Below are positions 38,801 to 49,700 of a stretch of 64,000 nt of DNA, piece after piece; positions within the stretch are counted from its first letter, which is position 1; each line of letters opens with the position of its first letter. The position numbers were made by a program, and so were the translations under genes. The DNA comes from Pelagomonas calceolata (lineage: Eukaryota): the NCBI GenBank assembly GCA_918797485.1, contig CAKKNE010000004.1, positions 4,588,001 through 4,652,000 on the forward strand, given 5' to 3'. A model generated the notes under the pieces. The model was not told the origin of the DNA. It ran no database searches and was given only the letters and a program-made list of their open reading frames with translations.

Positions 38801-40267
38801 AATGGTCTAACGGGTCGGCCGAAGTGGGCCTCTGATAATTACGACGGCCCGAAGTATCAAGCGGAGTCGTTCTCGAAGACGGCGCCGCGCGTCTACACGT
38901 GGAAGCGGCCGTCGGGCTGGGGCTACACGGAAGCGGCGCCGTGTGCGACGGACGGGACGCTGTGGGAGTCTATAGCAGACCTCCCTTCCCTAGTCAAAGT
39001 TTTATTGTCGAGGAAAGGCGACGATCACAACCGGGGTTCGCAATCGCAGTGCCGCGTCCTACTCGTCAATGGGCCGCAGGAGGACACCGCGGCCCTCTCG
39101 AGGCAACGCCGCATGTTGTTAGAACAACGAGCCTCGTTCCGACGGAGCCAATCCTCCTTGACGCCTTCCCATACGCCCGTAACCTCGAAGCGAGGTTCAT
39201 TTGACCAGACGCCGCCCGCGACACCAAAACACAACTCGGGAACGACAACGCCCAAGGAACCGAGCTTCTTCGAGGAGCAGCAGCGGCGCGCAGCTCGCGC
39301 CGACGAGTTGATTGAGGCCATCCCCCTGAACGAGATCGGGGGCGTGGAAACCAAAAAGCTCATGGCCGAGATGGCCGTCAAGCAGGCCGTGCGCCAGCTC
39401 TGCGCGAACTGGCGCAAGCGCAGCATGCAGATGTATGCTGATGTAAGGACGTCAAAAGGCCATCTTAGGAGTTTGATGATGGCGTTGTCTGCGACGCGGC
39501 AGTTCGGCGACCCGTCGACGCATTTCATACCTTACCTCGTGAAGGCTGGTAGCTTGCATCGCGTGGCACGAAAATCAGGCAAAGGTAGTGTGTTAGAACA
39601 CTACTTCGAGACGTGCTACGGCCAGTCGTATCGACCTAGATATAGGTTTTTACTACAAGCCCTGCACACGAACCGGTTGGTGCTGTTGATCGACGCCACG
39701 GATCAGAAAGATAATAAACAGAAGGCCGTCGAAGCCTTTACGGAGACGAGTGCGAATTCCGTGGTGGACGATTTCCTCCTGCAAAGGGTCGTGGTCGAAG
39801 TGCCGCGCTGCGTCATCACGGGCGACTTCTCCGATACGACGCTCGAAAAACTAAGGCAACGCTTCGCGACCTTGGAAGTGCGGCAAGGGTTAAAAAGTGA
39901 CCACGACGACGGCCTGGACTGCTGGTACGCGGCCCAGAACGAGCACTTCTCCTTCGTGCCGTCCCAGAAGGAGGATAAGGAGGACGACGAGGCGTCTTTT
40001 GGATTGACGGCGGCGCCGTACCGCGGCACGGCTTTTGCTGAAGAAGAGGATCTTTCACCGATGAAGGTCTACGGGCCGGGCCGCATCTACGCGGAAACAA
40101 GCTATAGGTTGCTGCGGGGGTCGCAGGATGCTTCCGAGGAGAACAAGGAGGATCTGATTGAGTTGTTGAAAACAACGAAGCGGCAGCCGATCTTCGGCGG
40201 CAAAATTGAAGAAGCGGCGGCCGGGCCCGTGAAGCGGATGCCCGGGTCGCGGGCGAGCAGAGACTAA
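35873..40267 (+). CDS. Large hypothetical protein (1464 aa) with PDZ-like segment
   Basis: Uninterrupted ORF; SLGFDIDESREVARVDPGSWAEELGIAHGWVLKSVD resembles PDZ. Confidence 0.75.
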   Translation: MVATLQGHRDAVKDPAHRARLWARPATSDEPQQVDALLTWVENLWRELKIKEEDRSLFLEANNLPSRNLVDRLQRTVYAELVSEPTKRPKSASSSRPKTAPFPDARRQKDVDQRCAPLAAHARLLLRFRRATLRALREIESREKLVKRVKDCFRRYRGAPPVPRRKKRTSTIYDDDDEAQPPSSETQIKEALADLKATLRPLNEATARVVAAVAAWRCYQWRPEPFLWKGRDYLEKCTTDLHFLGECAAPEGVRKPDRRLAAALGPWASHPATNCVWWHERTKSESAREAQKNAELRGRDSLRRWIRHTLDVAAASREEDRTAAADAAARACLKLYAPGKGDLPDLSSARTLLLDEPWLRSGVEKERVRMARAKVPLPCLRWLPPCVDAPAVLAAANVFHGAKSYQQLQTAERQLRVRCEGEFTRRLKERAATDPDAFKKKKRRRRRRKSVDAPAPAPLKQVTFQTAQHATMAANIFAKKDQLGLRKLQLSFRLRRDKRLTEIAHAKKAAHALKRKQLARGGAALTCLEFDDNKRFSSQFKVEDDVVRRQIDYLDLRLDEPQKHFDLESLPGRGDRDGRGCELRERLPPCSGVDAPRDEMRTEHWEKGLLSGVYAYARPPSLTPAVKERKKKQKARYNQGWGSSPSKKKAPPEARAPPTPQADEPDDVQEELRAATYHPRDGYLVDGSKASSEELVWCFRKGQRLALVMGRMPHEKVRAMCTVVAYANGTYSCVCDDGEGITLDPTGHRTRTLEIPLDKKREVRGLQRTHRIAEAPAPAPSASEPSLGFDIDESREVARVDPGSWAEELGIAHGWVLKSVDKNRIADHQSFVDAALTIAKVRRKGSVQLDFEVPSFELCKPSVEYHTGQRLTVLYHGRWRDAMTLKKPWEEHPRVEERHRHRLRVFMNQSHVETCVLGLNHMNHAILFGEAPDNENAYQAWKEERPEWGDMFDAVRSRCLSREKRGKRRQSYHALVNGLTGRPKWASDNYDGPKYQAESFSKTAPRVYTWKRPSGWGYTEAAPCATDGTLWESIADLPSLVKVLLSRKGDDHNRGSQSQCRVLLVNGPQEDTAALSRQRRMLLEQRASFRRSQSSLTPSHTPVTSKRGSFDQTPPATPKHNSGTTTPKEPSFFEEQQRRAARADELIEAIPLNEIGGVETKKLMAEMAVKQAVRQLCANWRKRSMQMYADVRTSKGHLRSLMMALSATRQFGDPSTHFIPYLVKAGSLHRVARKSGKGSVLEHYFETCYGQSYRPRYRFLLQALHTNRLVLLIDATDQKDNKQKAVEAFTETSANSVVDDFLLQRVVVEVPRCVITGDFSDTTLEKLRQRFATLEVRQGLKSDHDDGLDCWYAAQNEHFSFVPSQKEDKEDDEASFGLTAAPYRGTAFAEEEDLSPMKVYGPGRIYAETSYRLLRGSQDASEENKEDLIELLKTTKRQPIFGGKIEEAAAGPVKRMPGSRASRD

Positions 40268-40358
40268 TGTGACAATTAACAGATAGGTAGACGTGGGCGG
40301 GGGGAAACAGACAAGGGGCCATGCGACGCTATCGCCGCGGCGGCGTACCGGTGGAGGC

Positions 40359-41261
40359 TCAAAGCTCGATGCACCCGCCGATGCCCTGGACCAGGCCCAA
40401 ATAACTGAGGTGGTCGACGACCGACGTGCAGCCGAGCGGGTAGCACGAATTGCTACAAGCGTCGTCTTCATGAGAGGCCGAGTCGGCGCAGTAGATCAGA
40501 TCGGGCTTGACTTCATCCTTCTGGTAGGCCTCGTGCGGCGTGTGTAGGTAGCCCAAATCCTCTTGGGGAAGGTGGGGCACGACGTCGTCCCGGTGCGTCA
40601 CGCGCCAGTTCTCCGCATCGCCCAACAGGGACGTGAACGCCTTGGCGAAACTTGCTGACCCGACGCGCGGGCAGCCGAACGTGTACGACCCTTTTAGTTG
40701 AGTACCGTTGTACACCGAGCCCCTCAATTGGTCAAACGCAGCAAGGACAGCCACGGCGCCGCCCGCCGAGTGGCCGTAGAACCTCACAGGGGTGAACAGA
40801 GTCGTAGGATCGAATTTCGCCTTCGCCTTCGTGAGTTGGTGGGCGACGTCCTCCTTGAGGAAGTTGTACCACCGCCAGAAACCCCGCTCGACGGCCACGT
40901 CCTTGTAATCGGCGTAGGGCCGTATCTTGACGAATTTCGCGTCTTGCCACCAGTTCCGGTCGTTCTCGGTGCCTCGGAACGAGACGAAGAGCGATCGGTC
41001 CGACGCGTCCCAGCCTATAACGGCGCGCGTGGCGTGGTTGTCCACCACCTTCGTGACGATGATGGTCTTCCTTAGTTCGGCCGGTAATAGGGGCTGGTCC
41101 TCGGTCGCGGTGCAGTACGAGGCTTCTGCGAGCAGGAGCGCTCTTGTCAGGTTGTACGTCGGCGGCGGCGATGGCGTGGGCTTGCCATCGATCGCGTCGA
41201 GACCATTGATGGCCGCAGCGGTGGCCACGTACAAGGCCAGCACCGCCCAAGGGCCCTGCAT
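40359..41261 (-). CDS. Secreted class 3 lipase
   Basis: Signal peptide; VSFRGT, FYGHSAGGA nucleophile elbow, YTFGCPRVG, RVTHRDDVVPHLP, DHLSYLG. Confidence 0.92.
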   Translation of the reverse strand: MQGPWAVLALYVATAAAINGLDAIDGKPTPSPPPTYNLTRALLLAEASYCTATEDQPLLPAELRKTIIVTKVVDNHATRAVIGWDASDRSLFVSFRGTENDRNWWQDAKFVKIRPYADYKDVAVERGFWRWYNFLKEDVAHQLTKAKAKFDPTTLFTPVRFYGHSAGGAVAVLAAFDQLRGSVYNGTQLKGSYTFGCPRVGSASFAKAFTSLLGDAENWRVTHRDDVVPHLPQEDLGYLHTPHEAYQKDEVKPDLIYCADSASHEDDACSNSCYPLGCTSVVDHLSYLGLVQGIGGCIEL

Positions 41262-41407
41262 GGCGTTTACTTATCCCCGGCGTCTCCGCGGGCGCTGACC
41301 GCTTCGAGGCACTTTTGCAGACTGTGGCGATCCCGTGACGCGCTGAGCCGGCCAGCGCGCGCCGCAGCGCCACGCACTGCTTGTTCTTTGCCCAAGCACC
41401 GTATGCA

Positions 41408-41431
41408 ACTAGCGTCGATAAAGACACTAGC
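41408..41431 (-). promoter_or_regulatory. 24-bp motif copy
   Basis: Reverse complement GCTAGTGTCTTTATCGACGCTAGT between divergent lipase/translin genes. Confidence 0.5.
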
Positions 41432-41689
41432 AAGCACGGACTCCAGCTTTTGACAGCCTGTTATCGCTGCAACACTGCACGTTGTACAGCTTACACGCTG
41501 AGAAAGTGTTGCACCAGCACGTAGCTGCTGCACTCAAGAACTGTGCATTTGTGCGTGCTTGACGGGCACAAAACACTCACCTCGCCAAAGCACTGCACAG
41601 CACCGCTGTGCAACCGCTCGCGGAAGGCAAAAGGTCACCGCGTAGCGCTGGCGCTGCTCCGCCGCCTCGCGCGACGCAGCATCAGCCTC

Positions 41690-43015
41690 ATGCCGAAACC
41701 CGCCCCGCCGACGCCGACGCCGCGGCACCGTTTACCTGACTGGGACGCGCTCGGCGTCAGGCAGGAGGAAGAACGACGACGCCACAAGGCCGCCGGCGAC
41801 GCGGCGAATGCCTCCGGTAGGTTAGCGAAGAAGGCGGCCTTAGAGCTGCAACTAGGAAGAACAAATGACGCGAAGGCATGTACAGAACAAGCTAGAAAAG
41901 CTCTAGACGGAGCTGGTGAAGACGGCTTCAACCAGGAGACGAAGCAGCGAGCTTACGCCTTGAAACCCATCGCCGAGCAGATCCAGACCGTGGAGTCGAC
42001 GCTGCACTTTTTAGAGACCGGTCGATTCCCGCCGCCGTCGGAAGGCCTCGACGACTCTGAGTACATACAAGGCTTATTGGGCGGTGCGGAGAATCTCGCG
42101 AAGTACGCCGTCGGCCGCGCCACGGCCGGCGATGCTTCCAGTATTGCTGTGTGTCGAGATGGCGTGAAGGCCTTGCAAGGTGCTTTGCTCGCGTTCGACT
42201 TCCGCAACGGGCCCCTACGAAGGAGGTTCGACGGTCTGAAATATCAGGTGAAACGGTTGGAAGACCTCCTGTACGAGCAGTCGTTGATTGGTAAAACTAT
42301 CGATAGTGTCACACAAGTCGACGAGGACGACCCCTGCCTGAAAGCACTGGCCGAGATCAAGATTAGGTTCGACGAGGCGGACCAAGCTAGGGAGAACGTC
42401 ATCAAGAAGTCGCGGGACGTCCAGAAGGCCTCGAAGCAGGCCATCTTCGCGTGCCATCGGGGGGATGCCGCGAAAGCTGCGAAACTACTGGAAACCGCAA
42501 AGACCGCCGCCGAGGCCATCCTTAATGATGAGACGTTGGTGAAGAAGTGGCCCGCGTTGCGTTTCGGTTCCTTAGCTGCCGCTCTCGAGGAGTACGCGGA
42601 AGCTGCATTATTTATGAAGTGGCTCGAGGCGAAGAAAGACCCTTCGGCGCCCTTGGTTGCGTCGCAGCACGCGCTGGGCCTACCCTTGTCGGACGAAGAG
42701 TATCTCGGTGGGGTGTGTGACTTGACGGGCGAGGTCGGCCGCGTCGCGGTCGCCGCGGCGACGGCTCGCGACCTTGGCACGGTGCGGCGCGTCTTCGAGA
42801 CGGACGTGGCCGTCATGGAGGCCGTCTCGGGTTTGAACTTGCCTCCCAAATTAGCGAAGAAGATCGGCCCCTTGGAAATGTGCGTGCGCAAGGTCGAGCA
42901 CCTGCTCTACGAGCTCGCGCTGGCGGCGGCGAATCCCCTGGCCGCGAAGCGCGCGGCGTCGTCGGCCGGCGAGGAGGAGCCCGCGGCGAAGAAGGCGCGG
43001 GACGACGAGGAGTAG
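41690..43015 (+). CDS. Tandem translin-family protein (translin-like + TRAX-like domains)
   Basis: Domain 1 ends PLRRRFDGLKYQVKRLEDLLYE. Domain 2 has RENVIKKSRDV, LEEYAEA and YLGGVCDLTGEVGR. Confidence 0.85.
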   Translation: MPKPAPPTPTPRHRLPDWDALGVRQEEERRRHKAAGDAANASGRLAKKAALELQLGRTNDAKACTEQARKALDGAGEDGFNQETKQRAYALKPIAEQIQTVESTLHFLETGRFPPPSEGLDDSEYIQGLLGGAENLAKYAVGRATAGDASSIAVCRDGVKALQGALLAFDFRNGPLRRRFDGLKYQVKRLEDLLYEQSLIGKTIDSVTQVDEDDPCLKALAEIKIRFDEADQARENVIKKSRDVQKASKQAIFACHRGDAAKAAKLLETAKTAAEAILNDETLVKKWPALRFGSLAAALEEYAEAALFMKWLEAKKDPSAPLVASQHALGLPLSDEEYLGGVCDLTGEVGRVAVAAATARDLGTVRRVFETDVAVMEAVSGLNLPPKLAKKIGPLEMCVRKVEHLLYELALAAANPLAAKRAASSAGEEEPAAKKARDDEE

Positions 43016-43106
43016 AAGTGACTAAGTAGTTAGTGTGGCTACTTACGCAGGTACATTAGTAGTTGGCGCGGGTCTCGCCTTGACGTTATAGGCGCGGGCT
43101 AGACTA

Positions 43107-43580
43107 CTAGTACGCATCTGGGCGACTAGCGGCCTCAATGGACACCATTAAGTCATAAGCCTCTGCATCTGCGTGACTAAATAATGCACCGGCGTTCGGG
43201 TGTCTAGTTGGCTTCGGCACCCAAGACGGTGGCTTCGTGACAATGCGGCAACCATCTTCGCCCATCTTGCACGGACGGACACCACGGGCGTCGCCGAATT
43301 CGACATAGTAGATGGTCTCGCCGCCTGACACTTCTTCTTTTACGACTGTGCCGTAGCTGACCTCGTCGTAGGGCTCGTCGGACTCGATCCGAGTGACGTG
43401 CTCTCCGGCGACGGCGACCGTGCCAACCCCATCACCTTCATCATCGATTGCTGCTTGCGCCACCACTTGTCCGTCGATGGTCTCGTGGCCAAATACGCGG
43501 AGAGCGTCGAAGGACCCGCAGCTCAAAGTTGTAGTCTGCTCCACGATTTTCTCGTTACCAGGCGTACCATTGGCGGCCAT
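43107..43580 (-). CDS. Hypothetical protein, 157 aa
   Basis: ATG ORF with acidic, natural-looking composition; no family recognised. Confidence 0.45.
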   Translation of the reverse strand: MAANGTPGNEKIVEQTTTLSCGSFDALRVFGHETIDGQVVAQAAIDDEGDGVGTVAVAGEHVTRIESDEPYDEVSYGTVVKEEVSGGETIYYVEFGDARGVRPCKMGEDGCRIVTKPPSWVPKPTRHPNAGALFSHADAEAYDLMVSIEAASRPDAY

Positions 43581-43827
43581 GGGGCTTATGCCAGCTGCGG
43601 GTCAATGTACAAAAATGAAGCCTTGTGGGCCTCACACACTACGCGTGCGCACGCGTCCCGAAGCCCCGTCCCTTAGGGCACCGGCGCACTTCTTGAGTCG
43701 CTGTAGCCACGGAGCGGCCGAGTGCGTCCGTAAGCCCGGCGCGCACAAGCCGTCCATCAAAGCAGGTTTTCATTATTGACACCTGGCTAGCCGGCTAGGT
43801 CACGCGGACCCGCGTCGGCCGCAAGCG

Positions 43828-44946
43828 ATGATCCTAACGACGTGCGCCGCCTGCGCCAAGTCAATCGACCACGACGCCCCCGCGCACTGTGTGAATTGTC
43901 AAACTAGATACTGCAGTGACCGGTGCGAGCGCTACGACCGGCGCCGCGGCGGGCACGGCAAAATATGCGGCGCGATCGCGAGCGGCGGCGGCGCCGAACA
44001 ACACCACGCTAACCAGAAATACGATGAGGCCGTCGCGGACGCTGTCGAGATATGTGCGTACGACACGGAAGGCCAGACTTGCTTTATTTGTATGGACGGC
44101 GATGCTGAGGAAGGTCTCGTTCGCGGCTGCGCGTGCCGTGGGGCGGCGGGTTTCGTGCACGTGTCGTGCTTGGCGCGGCAGGCGCAGGTTTTGGTCGCGG
44201 AGGCCGAGGAGAGGGATTTGGACGACGACGCGTTCAATGCGAGGTGGCGGCGGTGGGAGAAGTGCGGCCTGTGCGAGCAAAAATACCACGGCGTCGTGCG
44301 GTGCGCGCTCGGGTGGGCGTGCTGGAAGACGTACGTGGGCCGGCCAGAGGAAGACTGGGCCCGGCGCATGGCCATGAGCGTGGTAGGAAACGGTTTATAC
44401 CATGAAGGTCACTACGCGGACGCGTTAGTCGTGCAGGAGGCCGAGTTGTCTATGCTGCGGCGCCTTGACGATACAGACTTCGTCAATATTCTCGCAGTGC
44501 AGAACAATCTTGCGGGCACGTATCAATATCTCGGACAGTCCGAACAGGCCCTGCAGCTGAAGCGAGACGTATACTCTGGATATGTGAAGCTCAAGGGCGA
44601 GGAAAGTAGAAACACCATGGTGGCAGCCAACAACTACGCGAATGGCCTTCTCGTGCTACGGCGGTTCGAAGAAGCAAAGGCTCTGTTGCGCAAAATATTA
44701 CCCGTGGCGCGGCGTGTTCTCGGAGAGAGTGATACACTCAAGCTCACGATGAGGAAAATTTACGCGATGGTGCTCCACAAGGACGACGACGCGACGCTCG
44801 ACGATCTCCGTGAGGCCGTGAATACGCTCGAGGAGTTGGAACGGACCGCGCGGCGCGTGCTCGGTGACGTGCACCCAATCACAGAAGGGATGGAGGACGA
44901 ATTGCAAGACGCGCAAGACGCGCTCTACGCCCGCGGGTTACCCTGA
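43828..44946 (+). CDS. MYND-like Zn finger + RING-CH (RINGv) + TPR-repeat protein
   Basis: CAAC...CVNCQTRYCSDRC...HGKIC; CFIC...CACRGAAGFVHVSCL...CGLC; NNLAGTY/NNYANGL TPR-like repeats. Confidence 0.85.
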   Translation: MILTTCAACAKSIDHDAPAHCVNCQTRYCSDRCERYDRRRGGHGKICGAIASGGGAEQHHANQKYDEAVADAVEICAYDTEGQTCFICMDGDAEEGLVRGCACRGAAGFVHVSCLARQAQVLVAEAEERDLDDDAFNARWRRWEKCGLCEQKYHGVVRCALGWACWKTYVGRPEEDWARRMAMSVVGNGLYHEGHYADALVVQEAELSMLRRLDDTDFVNILAVQNNLAGTYQYLGQSEQALQLKRDVYSGYVKLKGEESRNTMVAANNYANGLLVLRRFEEAKALLRKILPVARRVLGESDTLKLTMRKIYAMVLHKDDDATLDDLREAVNTLEELERTARRVLGDVHPITEGMEDELQDAQDALYARGLP

Positions 44947-45002
44947 GGACTCCCAGGAGGTTTAATATATAGTTAGAAGGGGCATGTATGTGAACAGGGA
45001 AG

Positions 45003-46274
45003 TCAAGGCGCCGCCCCGACCGTGACCACCGCCCGGTCCGGGTCCTGGACGTCGTCGGGGTCCGGGCTCAGCGGCGCGGCGGCCGCGAGCGCGCCGGCGA
45101 CGGCGTGCAGCAATATAGGAGCGAGGAGGTCGCCGTTCGTGAGGGCGAAGGCCGACCCCGCCGAAGCAGCCCTTACCATGGCGCCGAGCGGCGGCAAGGC
45201 ACGACCCGATGAGGGGGGGTCCGGGAAGGCGTCGAGCCAGGCGAGGCAGATCGTGCGATGTAAAACCTCGGCGCCGTCGTCGGACTTCAGGGACGCGCGG
45301 ACCGCGGCGTTCTCCGCCCGCAAGACGTCGTCGTCGTTCGACGTTCTCAGCGTTTCCGCGGCGAACGCAAAGAGGGCCACGAGGGCAATTCCGGAAACGG
45401 CCGCGAGGCCCTCGCCCGTCGAATCGATCGGCGCGGGCTGGAGCGAGCGTGCTGTCTCGACAATTGCCACCTGCAGCCCACCATGTAAAGCAGCCACCCT
45501 AGGCCCCGACGCCGCGAACTCGAGCGCTTGCGCGACGCTCCGCCACTTCAGATCCGAGGCGCGCCACGCCCTTGGAGCCTTGGGGCCGAGCGCGCCGGCC
45601 GCGCCGTCGGCCGCCGTGGCCTCGAGCGCGCCCGCCACCCTACCAAACCACGGCGTCGCCGAGGCTCTGACATCAGCCGCGGCCCAGGTGAACAACAAAG
45701 CGCACGTCGCAAGTCCAAAGGAGCCGCCCGGCGCGTTGGACCACACCTCAAACCGGTCGACGAACGCGTCGCCCAGGACATCGTCCGAGCGGCACGCCGC
45801 CCACAACGCGACTTGCGCGGCCGCGAGCACGAGCGGGCCGATGACCGGTCGGAAGGCGAGCTCGCGGCCGAGCGACTCGAGGGCCTCCCGCGGCGATTTG
45901 TCCCCGGCTTCCGCCTCGGTGTCCGCTTCGCGCACGACCTCCTGGAGCTTCGAGGCGGCGTCCCGGGCCGCTTGCGCTTCCGTATCGGACGCCTCGTCGG
46001 CGATGCGCACCTCGAGGATGCGCGCGGACAGGGCCCTCGCGAGCGCCGGTCTTCTTCTAGGTCGGCCCCGCGGCGGCTTCGTCCACGAGCCCCGCTCCTC
46101 GTCATAGACGTAGCCCATCTTCTTCAGCATCTCGATGCGCTCCTCGGAGACCTCTCGTCCCAGGTTATCTTTGAACGCCGAGGCTCTTAAGGCGGGACGT
46201 GTCCTTTGTGGTGTGGGGGCGACGTAGGCGCAGACCGTGGCGCCGAGCAGCGCGGCGGCGACGACGGAACGCAT
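45003..46274 (-). CDS. Probable plastid-targeted membrane protein; C-terminus weakly CPBP/Abi-like
   Basis: Signal + CAY-transit-like N-terminus; several hydrophobic helices; TNGDLLAPILLHA. Confidence 0.65.
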   Translation of the reverse strand: MRSVVAAALLGATVCAYVAPTPQRTRPALRASAFKDNLGREVSEERIEMLKKMGYVYDEERGSWTKPPRGRPRRRPALARALSARILEVRIADEASDTEAQAARDAASKLQEVVREADTEAEAGDKSPREALESLGRELAFRPVIGPLVLAAAQVALWAACRSDDVLGDAFVDRFEVWSNAPGGSFGLATCALLFTWAAADVRASATPWFGRVAGALEATAADGAAGALGPKAPRAWRASDLKWRSVAQALEFAASGPRVAALHGGLQVAIVETARSLQPAPIDSTGEGLAAVSGIALVALFAFAAETLRTSNDDDVLRAENAAVRASLKSDDGAEVLHRTICLAWLDAFPDPPSSGRALPPLGAMVRAASAGSAFALTNGDLLAPILLHAVAGALAAAAPLSPDPDDVQDPDRAVVTVGAAP

Positions 46275-46277
46275 GGC

Positions 46278-46323
46278 TGCGAAGTTCTAGCCGGTGTTCT
46301 TGCGAAGTTCTAGCCGGTGTTCT
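46278..46323. repeat. Perfect 23-bp tandem duplication just upstream of the ATG at 46274
   Basis: TGCGAAGTTCTAGCCGGTGTTCT at 46278-46300 and 46301-46323. Confidence 0.9.
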
Positions 46324-46702
46324 CGCGAACGTTGTGCGGCTTCAGAGTCTTCTTTTTGGCTGGGTGCTCTCCTAGACCGCAGATCTCGCGCTAAGCTGCT
46401 GCAGCAAAGACGCAGCGACAACGTAGGAACGATTTGACTATGTCAATTCGCAGCGCACAGCGCCAGGTGGCGTATGCAGGCTTGGCTCCGAAGACTTTTA
46501 AGCACTCGATTTTGGGCTAGTACGTTGCTACGCTAGCCGGCGTTTTTCCTAGCTATCCGTACCAGGACTCCGTGGCTCTTATCTTTGGCAGCGTCGTGCT
46601 TGTAAGTGTAAGTTTAATTCGTCACTACTCAGCCAAACTGCGGCATCACCTGGGTGGCAGGGGGCGTTGGCGTAAAAGAAAGGAGCTCGGGGCAGCATTA
46701 TC

Positions 46703-49700
46703 ATGATCCGCACCGTCCTAGCCGCCGCCGTAGCGCGCGCGGCCCTGGCGGACCTCCACGCCCTCGCCCCAGCCACGAGAGAAGAGCACCGTCCCGCCGT
46801 CAAGCGCAGCGCGGAGAGGGCGGCCAAAGCGTCGCGGCTCCTCGCGGATCACGGCCACCTGCTCCCCCCGGCGCTGCGGCAGAAGGGCCAGGACATTCTG
46901 AACGAGCACGAGTTCCGTCTGCACGTGGCCCTCGACAGCGCGAACCCGGGCCTGGCGCTCGCGGCCATCGAGAAGAAGGAATCGGGGTACCTCAAGGCCT
47001 TTGCGAAGCTCGGAGGCGACAACGCGGTGTCGAAGGCCCGCAAGCTGCCGAAAGACGACGAGCGCACGAAGTTCCGCGCGACGCGCGTGGTGCTCCGAGA
47101 GGCGACGGGCATCGACGCCGAGGAACCGGTCTGGGGCGCGCCGTTCCGGGCGCTCGAAGCGCTGTTCGGCGATGGCCACGCGCCGATGGAGGCGCTCGGC
47201 GTTTCGGCCAAGTTCTTCGAAGATGGAAGGTCTCTGACGAAGCGGTACCACGTCGCGCTCCAGCCGCCGTGCGACTGCTGGACGTTTGGGCGCGCCGCTG
47301 TTGTTGAGCAAGCGAGAGGCGTCGCCGAATCCCTGAAAGCGCCGCCGCTCGTCGACACCTGGCTCGATGCCATCGCGGCCGACGACACCGGGAAGCTGCC
47401 GAGCATTGGGTTTGGCGTGAGCGCGGACGACGGCGCGTGCAAGCTCTACGTCCTGAATTTTGGCGGCCACGAGCTCCCTACCTTACCGCTCGTCGATTCG
47501 TTACCGCCGACCGCGCGCAAGCCGGACCGGGCCTCCTCGGTCATGGTCTCGGTCGAGTGGAAGTTCGGCGACGCGAAGACGCAGCTGCGCCAGTACGCCG
47601 TCGAGGCGTCCGCGGATGACGTCTCCGTCGCGCGCCACACGCAGGGCGAGCGCTTCGCCGGCGACGAGCTCGTGGCGGCGCTCGACCGCGCGTTCGGGGT
47701 CAAGCAGAGCGAGGACATCGCCGTGACGGCGCCGTTTCAATACGACAAGGCCACGACGCCGCCGGTCGCCGCCGCGCCGCTCGCGAAGTCGGGCCTCAAG
47801 CTGAAGAACGGCGGCGACCTCGACGCGAACGCGGATGCCGACGCAAAGCTGGCGGCCCTGCTGAACAACGCACCGGGCGCCGAAGCGTGGCTCGCCCGGT
47901 CGCGCGTCGTACGACATGCGGTCTCGAACGTCCAGTTCGGCGAGGGCTTTGTTACGTTGTACAGACACCCGACGGTGTTCGGCTTCGTGGACCCGTCCTC
48001 GTCGCCGCAACACCTCGCGCTGAGAAACGCGCTCGCCAAGAGGACGCGCGCGACACGGCGGCGGCTCGACGACATGACGGCGTGCGACCTGGCGGAGGAG
48101 ACCTTTATGGACAACATGATTTGGGGAGGGGAAAGCGAGTGCAAGGACGACAAGGAGGCGTTCCCCGGCATGTGTCCGGCGTCGTGCCAGGCCGACATCG
48201 AAGATCTCATCGCTGCGTGCGACGAGTGCGCCCTCACGGACGCCGTCTGCGACGCGACCGTGGACACCGACTTGTACCCCAGTCTGGCCGGGGAGCTGCG
48301 GTTCGAGTACAAGGCGCCCGTGGTCATGGCCGGCGGCGACATGGACGACGACTGTTATAAGTACCTAGACGAGAACGAGGACGAGGAAGGCCTCGAGGGC
48401 CAGCTCGAGGACGACATGCAGTGCCTCGACCGGGACGAGCCGGACTTCGACTGCTGGGTCGAAGACCACGAAAACGGCGACGGCACGGCCACGATCGGCT
48501 GCGAAGGCTGTTCGTCGGACGGGACACAATCCGGCTTCGAGGCTGCGATGGCGACGTTCTTCCAGAATCTCGTCGCGAGCACGGGCGGCCCGTGCAGCTT
48601 CGACGCCAGCGCGTCCCTGGTGGCGCTGGGCGGGGCGTCCGGCTCGCCCACGAATTCGAAGTACAGCGACCTCGACAGCGAATTAGTCCCGGACGACATG
48701 AAAGTGCGATTCCCCTACGGCGACAACGGACTGTTCGACGTGATGAGCCTCTGGGGCCCCGAGGGCTGCCGGTACCCGTACTACGGCTACCTGCCGGACG
48801 CGCCGCTCTGCGACGAGTGCTCGTCGATGTTCGAGGCCAAGGAGGACATCCTAAAGGGTCTGTGGGATGGCCCGTGCAACTCGGAAGACCCGCCGGGGGA
48901 CGACGACTCGCTGCCGCTGCCGCCGAACTACCCCGGCTGCGGCTGCGACTGCGCGGACTTTCTTCGGAGAGACCTCTCCACGTGCTCGTCCGACTCGTGC
49001 GTCAACGTCGCGCAGGAATACGCCTCTCCGAATACCGTCTGCAGCGGCTCCGACGTCAGTTGGGACACGACCTCGTCTGCGGATGGCTGCGCCGACACCT
49101 ACGGCGACGGGTCCTTCGCCTCAATCTGGGGCGACGCGTGCCTCGACGACGACGGCGAGGTCCAGGGCGCCTCCGAGCAGTGCTACGAGACACTGGACGA
49201 CCTTCAACCGACCTTCCGGCCTACGACGTTAATGCCCTGCCCCGACGAAGAGAGCGCTTACCTGACGTGCGTGAATGCGGCGGCCCAAAACGGGGTTGAC
49301 GCGTCGGCCGGCCTCGGATGGGGTTGCTGCGACCAGGACGCCGTCGACGGTGGATCCTTTCCGAGCACTTGCGTCGGCATGCAAACGTACTCCGAGTTCC
49401 AGGACGCGTGCGGCGATCCGGCCCCGGAGTGCGCGGCGGAATGGTCGACCTACATCGAGTGCGTGTACGCGGAAGTCGTCGACGTGATAAATGGGGATCT
49501 CACTGGGGCGGCTCCGCTGAACTGCGACCTCAGCTGCACGCTGGACCCGACACCAGCGCCAAGCCACCACCCGACCCCGCCGCCGTCGGTCAGACCGACG
49601 CCCCGCCCCACGCCGGTACCAAGCCGCCGCCCGACCCCGCGGCCGTCGGTCAGAGCGACGCCCCGCCCCACGCCGGTACCAAGCCGCCGCCCGACCCCGC

